The notes below the pieces were generated by a model. The model did no database searches, had not been told where the DNA came from, and saw nothing but the letters and a program-made list of their open reading frames with translations. DNA of 64,000 bases from the NCBI RefSeq assembly GCF_963676685.1, contig NC_092348.1:20150001-20214000 (forward strand), written 5' to 3'. Numbering within the stretch: position 1 is the stretch's first letter; every line of letters starts with the position of its first letter. Source of the DNA: Mytilus edulis (taxonomy: Eukaryota). Shown in pieces: positions 26,381 to 37,900 of this stretch. A program made the translations under genes and the position numbers.

Positions 26381-29300
26381 CTATACATAATCTAAGTTAC
26401 TGACTACACGTTCGTCGGGATCAACCGATCTGACATAGCTACGACCATGTGAACTGTTACGTGTAATAATGTCATCTCTTCCTAAGTCCTCAGGAACCAC
26501 AGATATCCTACTCTTGATAAACAAACCTCTGTTATCATTCGATATCCTCGGTTGTTCATTATTTGATACTGAAGGCATTATGTGTGAAGACACCCGAGAT
26601 TCATTGTTTACAGAATTCCTTGTTTCGGATTTGATTGAATTTCTGGAATTCTTATTTGTCACATTTCTTGTATCACTTATAGTTGGACTTTCCTTGTTCA
26701 TTTTAGTGCTTGTCCTTGAGTTTCGCATCGAAGGACTTTTTTCCTCAGGATGCATTGATAGTCTACTTACATTGTTTTGGTAAAATGAAAATTTGGTTGA
26801 CATTCTAGATTCAGGTTTTGATATTTCTCCTAAAGCATCTTCTTTGTCGTCTGATTCAAGGTCCTGAATCGTAAGAACACGCTGTTCATTGTGAATACGA
26901 CTATTATTTCTATTGTTAGAATTGTTAATTGCAACTAATCCTAATGGAATATCTGTATTTATTCTTGAGACAGAATTACTATTTCTGGAATTAGATTGCT
27001 GTATAGTTGGTGCCGTTGCGGGAGGTTGAATAGAAGTTGAAGGACTTTCAACGATTGTCACTTCTGGTTGTATTTCGTCTGTTTGAAAAGAACTGCGACT
27101 TTCCATTGTAGAATTTCGTGTCCTACTTGTATGTCTGTTCTCATGACGTGTACCTATTCTTGAGTAATATGCTGGTGGTGGAGAATTTGGATATGGGGGT
27201 GGAACATATCTGTTTTGTTGTGTAGGTGCCTGTCTTGGAGCGTGGGTTGGTGCCTGTGTAGATGGCGGTGGCTGCTGTGGTATATTTGTATCTGTTTCCT
27301 GACCATGGTAGTGTGGAGGCTGTGATGTACCTTCAACTTAAAATAATTAAAACAAGTCATTATCAACTTAAATGTTGTCCAAATTTATTCAATACCATCC
27401 GTTGTCGAAACTCTGCATTAATAACGTTTTCATGTTTTGTATAACATTTAGTTCTATGGATATCGTATATAAGAAAATGTCGATTGTCGACCATTGTCCA
27501 CGAGATCATTTGCTATAATCAACTTCATGTTTTACCTCGGCTGTATTTGACAAAACCTTTCAAAATCTCATCAATGCTCTTCAACTTCGTACTTATCTTG
27601 ACCTTTTAACTTTTTATTCGAGCGTATCTGATGAGTCATTAGTAGACGAAACGCATGTCTGGTGTACATAATTATGTGCCTGGTATATTTGATGACATTC
27701 TACATCATCATTCAATGTGTTTAAATAAACGTTAACCATACACTCCGATAGTTTACTTGCCTTGTTTTTTCCTCAAATGTGGTTTAGTGTGACACTGATT
27801 TTGGTGCTTGTTACTCATCATTCTTGAATGAGCATTGTCAGGTATATCGAGATCAATATTTTTGGAAACTAAACACTAGTACAATAAACATTCAAGATCA
27901 TCCTAACAAAAACTTACACTTTAACCAAAGAGAGATTTAAGATACAAAACCTATAAGTCGTAAACGAACTGATAATGGCATGGTAAAACACTTAAACGAT
28001 CAAAAGACAAACAATATACAAAACACGAACGACTGAGCAACACGAACCCCACCAAAAACTGAGGGCGATCCCACGTTTTAAATGGTAGGCAGACACTTTT
28101 ATATCAGAAAATAAATGAGTTTCTTTTAAAACGGAACATTCATATTTTGGTCTTACAATTCTGTTTAAAGTGATGTTGTCTTTCAATGTGTACATTTCGT
28201 TTTTTATTGTTTTTATATCAAATTTGTTTCTCTTTAATTGTTTTATTTCAAACCCATAATCATTATTTGGTTTGTGTTGTTTTCTCATTGCTGGTTATGT
28301 CACATCTTCGTATTTTGGCAAATGCTAATATGATTAACAAATTAAAGCTACCCTCTTGTCCTGTGGCTAGAAAAGGATCCCCATTTACAAAAGGATCCAT
28401 CATAAGTCTCCTCTGTCTTTCCTGATCTCTCTCCCTCTGTCGCCGACGCCTTTCGTCTAGTCTCTGTCGAAGTTTCCTTTTCTTTCGGTATCGACATATT
28501 ACACAACACAGAATTACCACAATGATAGTAACGATAGTACCTCCAATAAAGACAGATACCAATATAAGTGTCAATGTTGGTATACAACACCGTGTGTCAC
28601 CTGTACCGTCACTTGGTATGCAGCAGCCCCCGACAGCACATGATTCTGTATCATAGTGTCCATTTAATGCACCACTACATTCTTTACTAAAGCAAAAACC
28701 TACAAATTTTATTTGGAAATGAAATTAAAAAAAAGTAGCAAAGTAGTATAATAATATTGAAAATCAGCCTTCTCGGAAATTGTATCAATTTATTTTCATG
28801 ATTTACTGCTGAGGTCATAATCTAGACTTTTTTCTATTTTTTGTTTGTTTTTTGTGTTTTAAATAGATTGCAGGGAGTTGTTGTGGCCTGCTTCGGATTA
28901 TCAATTTTGATTTCCATATAAGTATTGATACTGTTTTTGTACTTTTTAAATGTTTACCAGGTTCCAACGTTTGCTTTATACTTGTTCATACCATATATTT
29001 TATTTTCACCTTCTCTCTTGTCCTGTAACTTAAAAGAGGGATACGACTATAGCCATTTTTTGTTTGTTTTACATATATTGAGCCTTGATTTTTATAATTA
29101 CATTCTTTGTTATGACATCAGAAAAGTATATATAATTCTGATATCATGAAATGAACAAATCGAATCCAAAGTCACTTTAAAAATGTGAAGCATTGTGGCT
29201 CGCATTTCATATTTGACGATATCAGTGGGAAGAAAACCAAACATTCTATATTTATCCTCACTGGATTTACAATTTTTTGGTTTGAGCATTCGTTATGATG

Positions 29301-30091
29301 TTAAATCTAGATAAGCGCTCCGTAAGCATGCATCTGATTAAGTATTATTTTATTATATAAATTAAATTTGCATCCTTTAAAGTAGCATTCAATATATTTT
29401 ATACCTATATTCAATCCTTCATTAAGAGTATGCAATTTATATAATATTTGCTGTTGTGTGGCAATAATATTCTATTATTGAGAAATTATAAAACAATGCA
29501 TAATCGATTTAAGTAACTTATAACCACGAATTATCATGTTTACAATGAAACCGGAAACCCCTATTGTAATACAAAGGATCAGCCAGACAATATTTTACCA
29601 AGTACTGTCAATATATGCGGTGCAGGAAATGCTGACCCTTCCGGAGCACCTGATTTCACTCCCGGTTTTTAGTGGAGTTCGTGTTGTTTCTTAATTATTA
29701 TTTACAACTGTTGATGTAAATGTTCTTTGGTTTTTGTGAGTCTTTGTTTACTCATTGGTTTTGATTGTTATTGTCTTATTATAACATGATTTTTATATGC
29801 TTCCCATTTGTTGACAAAACACACATTTACTACTCTTTACCATATGTCTTTTTTAGATACATTCCAATACATTAAAAAAACATTGTTGTATACCTTGACA
29901 ATAAGATATCTGGTTGGTTTTTTTTCTCAGACAGCAGACATGAAATTTGATATTTTGTTTTTGCTTTTTTTTTCAATTTTTTTTTGTCACAGGCAAATTA
30001 ACGACCTAAGTGATAACAACATACCTGTAAATAACAAGAGAAAACAAAATATAATTTCCAAAATATTTCTGAATCTATATGAATTATTCAT
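26381..30091 (-). CDS. Shisa-like/STMC6 (CYYR1/WBP1/VOPP1-type) single-pass membrane protein, 456 aa; complement(join(26381..27336,28352..28699,30025..30091))
   Basis: Three exons with GT-AG boundaries and matching phase-1 junctions; total 1371 nt. Signal peptide MNNSYRFRNILEIIFCFLLLFTGFCFS, ectodomain C-x12-C-x4-CC-x10-CC, TM helix LTLILVSVFIGGTIVTIIVVILCCVIC, basic/charged juxtamembrane run, PPPY and PPAY, long S/N/R-rich tail ending LDYV. An alternative in-frame acceptor exists at 27330. An acceptor at 30119/30120 implies an upstream 5'UTR exon. Confidence 0.85.
27525..27700 (+). repeat. Retrozyme-like fragment with a hammerhead core (27620-27665), intronic and antisense to the host gene
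   Basis: CTGATGA-GTC(attagta)GAC-GAAAC-GCAT-GTC-TGGTGT; stem I weakened. Confidence 0.7.
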
Positions 30092-31638
30092 AATATGTAT
30101 CCATTATATAATATAAATCTGTAAAAAAAAAATTAAAAAATCCAACCCGACTTTTAAAGAATTAACACTTTTTGTTTGGTTAATCTACCCAATAATAATC
30201 GTGAGTTAAAACAATAGGTCAAACGAAGCGAGAAAGTTAAACATATAGCGCTTCAAGACACCGTAAAAGTTTGTACTATTTATAAAATATGCTTTGAATT
30301 TATTTTTCAAAACAACATACAAATGTATAATGGCTTTTTACCCTAACCCGTGTCTTTATAAATTTGAATGTTATTCAAGGGATAGAATGAATACAAATCA
30401 AATACAGAATTCTACATTTTGACAAAAGTATTTTATTGAATGTCTTAAAAAATGAATTAAATTAATTGAAAGATTAAGTCAAATTTGAAAAGTTACGATA
30501 TACAACTCAAAAAGGGACAATTACGTCAACAGGTTTACAAACGCGTTATAAATAACACATAATAAATACACGATTCATATGCATGTCATATTGACTTCAT
30601 ACATAATTGAGTACTTAACTTTTTTTAAAAGAAGAGGTTTTTGCCAAAATACATTGCGATATTAAAACAGCGTCACAAGCCACACGTAAAAGACTTTTTC
30701 CGGAAAACCTGTTTTACCTATTAACATAAAATAAACTCATCATAGATACCAGGATTGAAAGATCGAAATAAAAAGAAGTTTTTCGACAAATACAAGCTTG
30801 TTTGTCGCATTTCCGTATTAAACTTATTTTGTTTTTGAAATGCAGGACTGAATTCTCATAACAGACCAGATGCAGTGTTGATGCCGGACCTGCAAACACT
30901 GGGGGGGTACCTCCATTTGTGGTGGGGTTGAAGTTGCGTATTAATTAAGTTTCTGTCTAACATTTTGTAGAATCAAGGTTTTTTTTTCTGCTATGGTTTG
31001 ATTGGGATTTTTAGCTCTCTCTTGTCCGAAATAAGAATATCATCCGCTATAAATTAAACAGTTTGTTTTCAACTCGTTGTCTGTAATACTGTAAAAAGAA
31101 ATGGACGGGAATCGATATATGTAAAATAAAATTGGAAAGTTCATTTTAGAAAATCGAAATATTCTCAACTTCATAAAGTTTACTTCAAAACCATTCCTTA
31201 CTGTCGTCCGTGTGGTTGTGTGTTTGTGTGTTTGTGTTTGTATGCTATTACGATATTGGATAAAATGCATAATTCCTATCTAGAGGTTTGTGCATCCAGC
31301 CTGGTATTAACCATCTGATACACTTTGCCATTATGATTTCGACAATATCATACCTTTATTGTGATAGTTGAATGGAAAGTATTAATTGGTAATATACACT
31401 ATAAAGAATGATTGCACCATTCTAACAGGTGGCACACTTGTATAACAAAATGATCTATGGATTGATATTGTTTGATAAATTCTGAAATATTTTATGGTCA
31501 AAAGATGATTTGATCTATCTAGTTGTTTCGTCAAGGCATTTTTTATTATTCATGTTTTTAAATGGTTTGTTTTATTGTAACTTTTCAATCCGTTGAGCTT
31601 ACCTGTTGGCAGGTAATTTTCATAAGCACACGGCCATA

Positions 31639-31845
31639 CTGTAAACCAACTTATTTTCGCGAGCGATTTATTTTCGTGACTTTCGCGAGTAGAAAAATAA
31701 CGCGAAAATAAATCGTCGCGAATAGGTAAATCGTTATTAATCTACATCAAGTAAATAAGAAAATCGCGAATTTTAAAAGGCGCAAAACGGACTAAAATTG
31801 GTAAAACTCGAAATAAAGTATCCGCGAAAATAAGTTGGTTTACAG
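31639..31845. mobile_element. Tc1/mariner-type MITE
   Basis: Perfect 23-bp TIR CTGTAAACCAACTTATTTTCGCG flanked by TA on both sides. Confidence 0.85.
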
Positions 31846-31859
31846 TAAACTTAAAATAG

Positions 31860-32200
31860 GTACTAGGCTTACAGTTTGGTAAGCCAGACGCGCGTTTCGT
31901 CCACAAATGACTTATTAAATAACCCCAAAATCAAAGAAAATAAAAGGTCAAAGAAAGTTAAAAGTTAAAAGTTGCAGAACGTTGAAGACACAAATCCCGT
32001 AAGGTTTTGCAAAATGTAGCCTGTGTATTATATTCTCAATGTAGAAAATCCTTTATGTTTCGAAAAGTTCAAAATTTTGTAAAACAGTTAATTTTAATTA
32101 TGACTATATCAATGATAATTTATAACAACACAGTAGTGATGACTACAAGGCTGGTGGTACACTCTTGCAAGAAACCGACATCGGCAATGATATAGACTCA
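31860..32200 (-). repeat. Degenerate retrozyme-like unit
   Basis: GCCAGACGCGCGTTTCGTC is retained, the CUGANGA box is decayed, and the remaining unit modules are recognisable. Confidence 0.65.
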
Positions 32201-33829
32201 GACGGCGCACTGAAATCAGTATAAGATGTTTAGAAATATTATCATAACTGTTTCGCTGCTAATGAGTTTCCAGTCCTTGATGCACAAAAAATTCGACAGG
32301 TTTCGTCAAATACAGCTCCGGTACTTTAGTAATCTATTCTACATTCTAGTTAGATAATGACATGATTTGAAGCTGACATGTTGTCATGTTTGACTGGAGG
32401 GATATAGAATACATTTATAGTTATTCTAAGGTTCATATTCAGTAAATTAAAATGATATATAAGTTAAACATGAAATTTTGGAAGAGACGTATCTCGCATA
32501 AATATTATGGATTTGCAACGATTTAATTGCGATTGGAATACGGGAGATAATCCAATCTGAGCAATGATCCATCTGAATTAAACACCTGATACTTGTGTAA
32601 AGTTTTCATTTATGTACGTGTATTAGCCTATTAATGATATGTCATAACTTCGATAACTTTAAAAGCGTCTACAAAAGAATATGTTGGTTGCCTAACTTAA
32701 AATTTGTGTTATCAAAGTATAAACAAAATAATGTAGTCTTAGAGATGGCAAACTACAATGATTTTCAATCATGCCGATAATAGAACATTTCTTGAGACAC
32801 AGACTTCAGAAAATTGACTTTCAGAGCAAACCCTTATAAAAATAAAGAAAAATTACTATGCTAAATTATTAAACCATACAATACAGGTTGGTTTGTTTTC
32901 CTCTAAGAAATTTCTAATTAAATCACTTGCTTATTAATTCTGCACATAAAAGTACACGTCTTGTCAAAGTTGCAAAAAGACTTCTGAGTTCAATACGCCC
33001 GAATTGAAAAATATGATATTGTCCTTAATTTAGTATAGGGGAGAGTTCACAAATTGTTCAGGTGTTCAAGACGACCATTCAGGATTTACAAGTTTTATAG
33101 ATGTCATCATAAATTGACTGACGAATTTGAAATATGTTTGTCTAAGATGGTTATCGAAGTGTTTGATTTTGTTGTAGCCAAACCATAATAATGGGGAGGC
33201 ATTTAAACATGTAAATCGTTTTTTGAGGTTTTTTTTTGTTATTTTTTGCTAATACTCTTTTACGTCTTTGAATTCGTGATGAGAGCTTGAAACACAAGTG
33301 GGGTAGTTGAAGGGGAAACAATCTGAAATGCAGAAACGACCATGATAATGCCAATGCTGGTGTGCTTTTTTGTCTGAATGCATGCCATCTTACTTTCAAC
33401 TTTCATCTGCAACACGATGACAATTCAATCGGAAGGGTTCTTGTATGCGAAAGACAAAAAAAGTAAACGATTTCGTAGTCACTAGTACATTTATTTTTTT
33501 TACTTGGACACTTCTTGAAGAAATAATTCTCTTGTGTACCGAAAAGATGATATCGATAAAAATATTCATTGTTATACATTGAATAGGTGTTACTTTAAAT
33601 TACATCCCAGTTCGTTTGTTCTACCAGGGGTGATCTGCGCCGGATTACCCCTACCAGATCACCCCAGCTGGAGTTTTCTATTTCTACCTGCTTTCCTTTG
33701 TTCTGTAACATTTTGGCGGGAATGATTCGAACTCAAGACCTTAAGCATATAAGTCAACAAATCAAACCCCTACACAAGGACGACTGGATAAGAACTCTCA
33801 GTAATTTAACATATTTAAAGGGAAAAATT

Positions 33830-34120
33830 AAGATAACTCGCCACACTGGAAAATCGCCCTAGACCTAATCGCACCACGTTTTAACCACCTCGCCCCACTT
33901 ACAACTTTCTTAGTGACTGTGTCTGTCGTCACGACTTAATTTCATCGTGGATTTTCTATTTTTCATAAGTGGGGAGATTTGGCAGACCTTTATTCAATGG
34001 GATTTCAAACCTTTTAATAAGTGGAGCGAGTTGGTAAACAAGAGTGGGTCGATTTATTAGAAAGTGGCGATATAGAATTGGGCCGTTTAGCCAGTAGGGC
34101 GAATTGACATCGTTTCATAA
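33830..34120. mobile_element. Degenerate MITE-like inverted-repeat element
   Basis: Reiterated CTCGCC(C)CACT motifs on the left are mirrored by AGTGG(A/G)GCGA motifs on the right. Confidence 0.4.
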
Positions 34121-34948
34121 TTAAACATCGTGTTCGGGGGTCATTAAGGGTATATATTTTATGGTAATATATAAAATATATTATAATGGTATGGTTTTTC
34201 ATATATCCTAGAACAGCTTGGATGTAAAATAGTTATCCCATTTGGACTCGGTGTGTCCGAATGGGATAACTATAACTGATTGACTACATATCCTGACATC
34301 ATTTGAAATCACTGTTGAAAACATATGACAAGATAACACATTGTTATCATATTTTTTTGTATACTAGCAAACAATTCCAAAGATTACGCAACTTTTGTCT
34401 CTGTTCAATAAAGGTTATGACAATGTTAATATTTTTTTACTGGAGATATAATTTTGAAATAATTAAGAAGTAGAAAATCGTTGAAATATTTCATATGCAA
34501 CTAAATTTTAGGATACACATTATGTTTTTAAAAATATTTTTCTTTTTATTTGATCCTAAATGAATTGCTATAATGATTTTATAATTATTTTTAGAATCAA
34601 TACAAACAAAGCTAAGTGTTAGTGGTCATTACATCAGCAGCACGGTAGAACATGTATGTTTTCGCCATCAACAAATGTTTAGTATTTTATGGCTTTCATC
34701 TTAAGGTCTTTTTCTGTTGATGATCTGTAACTAATGTCTTTTTTTTTTTGCAGTGAGATTCGTCTTTACATAGACTTTGTATATTGATTTCTAAATATTT
34801 ATTTTAACAACAAAACAAATTATGCAGAGAGTTTACAATTACTGGTACGTTGCTTCAATCGAATATACAACTTAGACTTAACTAACATGGAAATGATTTT
34901 GTAAACTGTAAATAACGACAACAATGTGTGAATAAAATATTGTGTTGA

Positions 34949-37900
34949 CTATTCCGTTACTCCAGGGAGCGATATATGTGTTTCGTAGGCTGGTGGCGGA
35001 TGAGATGGATAATTATAGTTTCGAGGTGAATACGCTGGTGGAGCAGGAAGTCGATAGGGTCTTCTAGTGTCTTCATCTGTTATATAAAAATATAGAAATA
35101 AAATTTACATTACATTTCAAACGGAAAAGTACCACAATTTTTAAACCGTGCTTTACTTCTTTTTGTCTTCACTTTTGTTTTAATTTTGCAGTAGGGTTGA
35201 TTGCCGTATCATTTACGTTTACTCTTGCCTCTGCCTTTCATATGATTTTACTCCATAAAGTGTTTGTAAAACCACTAAAAACAACACAAATTGTGCAAGA
35301 CAAAAGACATGAAACAAAAAGCAAAAAATATCATTTCATGTTATACTGAGAATTTAACATGAATGAATAAGAAACGATTGCAGTAATCTGCTATATACAT
35401 ATTTGGTAATATAAATAGCGTTACTTGTAGTGTGAGTTTCCTAACTAAAATGTATGGATTCGGTTTGTTCTATGTGTAGACATGTTATTTATAGCTAGTG
35501 CTGTCTACTTGAAATTTATTTGCGTTTTTCCTTTTTTTTGTGTGAGACGTTGTTAAAGTAACTTTTTTTGTCGAAGCGATCATATTTGATATCAGAATGC
35601 TCGGCGTGGAAATAGACTTAAATTAACACAGATATTGAATGTGTAAAGTAAATTCTGTAAACATTGCATAAAGTGTATTTTAGAGAACAGATCAACAGAC
35701 ACGGCTTACTTTAAATAAAGCTAATACTAACAATGACCACTGCCCTTTCCTCGATCTTGATATCTATATCACTAACGGAAAGCTTAATACTAAAATTTAT
35801 GATAAAAGAGATGATTTTTCATTTCCTATCGTTAATTATCCATTTTTAGATGGTGACGTTCCATTGTCACCATCTTACGGTGTTTATATATCTCAACTTG
35901 TACGATTCGCTCGTGTATGTAACAATGTTTTAGATTTTAACGAGAGAAATTAATGTATTACTGAAAAATTATTACACCAGGGTTTTCGATATCACAAACT
36001 AGTCAAAACATTTACTAAATTTTATCATCGGTATAAGGACATCATTCGTAAATATAGCTGAACATGCAGACTTCTTATACGTTCAGGTATTTCACATCCA
36101 ATTTTTTATGGAAATATTCTTTATAAAGCACAAAAATGTCAGTATTCACCTCAGAAACTGACAAAACCTTTAAATAGACTTATCAAGAAGGGATATAGTT
36201 ACGATACTGTTGTCAGGTCACTAAAGATTGCTTATTTTGGCGTTAATATTGATTCACTTATAGGGTCTTTGCATCGGAACTAAACACATTTATTAAAAAA
36301 CCAGTTGTTGGCATGACACGGGTTATGTTCTTCTCATATATGTTATGATGGTATGATACTAAACCCCTAACGGGAAGGATTGTGCCTGATATTCATATGA
36401 TGAAATCATAATCTTTCAATCAGTTTAATTGAAGTCTGGAGCTGGCATGTCAGTTAACTGCTAGTAGTCTGTTGTTATTTATGTATTATTGTCATTTTGT
36501 TTATTTTCTTTGGTTACATCTTCTGACATCAGACTCGGACTTTTCTTGAATTGAATTTTAAATGTGCGTATTGTAATGCATTTACTTTTCTACATTGGCT
36601 AGATGTATAGGGGGAGGGTTGAGATCTCATAAACATGTTTAACCCCGCCGCATTTTTGCGCCTGTCCCAAGTCAGGAGCCTCTGGCCTTTGTTAGTCTTG
36701 TATTTTTTTAATTTTAGTTTCTTGTGTACAATTCGGAAATTAGTATGGCGTTCATTATCACTAAAGTAGTATATATTTGTTTAGGGGCCAGCTGAAGGAC
36801 GCCTCCGGGTGCGGGAATGTATCGCTACATTGAAGACCTGTTAGTGACCTTCTGCTGTTGTTTTTTCTATGGTCGGGTTGTTGTCTCTTTGACACATTCC
36901 CCATTTCCATTCTCAATTTCATTCCTCAGCCTCATTTCGAAACTTATTCCTCGAATTTGACATACGCGGTAACCTAATTATCAGAATGTATGTCAAACGA
37001 GACGAATTTAATTTTAAAATTATCAATCTCCCCACCTACGAATCAGTATACCAATGTCATCTGCATATGAGCTATACATTTCCCAACTCATTCAGTATGC
37101 ACGATCTTGCAACTGCTACTCAGACTTGTAAATCGTGAATCAGTGTTTTAGCAGAAAGTTGATGAACCAGGTAAATGTTAAAGTTAGTCGTATCCTATTC
37201 TAAAAATATTCATCGGAAATTACCAATTCCTTGTTGATAAATATGACGTGTCGGCTTCACAAATAATACACGATGATTATATAGATTCTCAGTACAGACG
37301 TTGTGTAACATGGTGTTCTTTTATTTGTCCTCGTAAATTATTACTTTTACTGGTTAGTCTATTTATTGTAATAGATTCATTTGACGTTGCTCTGTACTTA
37401 TACATGCCGTCATTGTGTTATTGTGCTATTGTAAATTTTTGTATTCTTTCTTTCATTTTCACTAATGGTTTTTTTTCTATATTTCCCTTTTTTGTCCTAC
37501 ATTTTTGTTTGTTTATATAGTGATTAAGATTATAACACAATGTTGAATGCTGTATTCCTTTTTTTTACATGTTTACCTATTATGTCTATTTTGTTATTGT
37601 TCACATATTCTTGTCAAGATAACAGAGTTTTAAACGACTGTCATACAAGTGAGAGGTTTGATTAGATATAAAATCAGGCTTTTGATTTTGCCATTTGAAT
37701 AGGGCCTTTCCGTTTTGAATTAACTCGGAAGTTCAGTATTTTTGTTAGTTCACTGGATACATAAATTACAAATGAGTCCTGACAAACAACGTTAACGTTA
37801 TATCGCTAGGTCTTGTAAGTGGACGAAACTTCTTTCTTATGTTTTACGTCAATTTTTTTCAGCAATCAAAACCAGGTTTCATAGTTATTGTGAAACCACG

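Noticed and set aside
31040-31625. Alternative first coding exons for the Shisa-like gene (donors at ~31200 and ~31601)
   Set aside because: Wrong phase or no signal peptide. 30025-30091 fits; these may at most be 5'UTR exons.
36783-36855. Hammerhead- or HDV-like ribozyme in the PLE 3' region (GGGGCCAGCTGAAGGACGC...GCGGGAA)
   Set aside because: The core deviates from CUGANGA/GAAA, and I could not build a consistent stem I/III or an HDV P1.1/L3.
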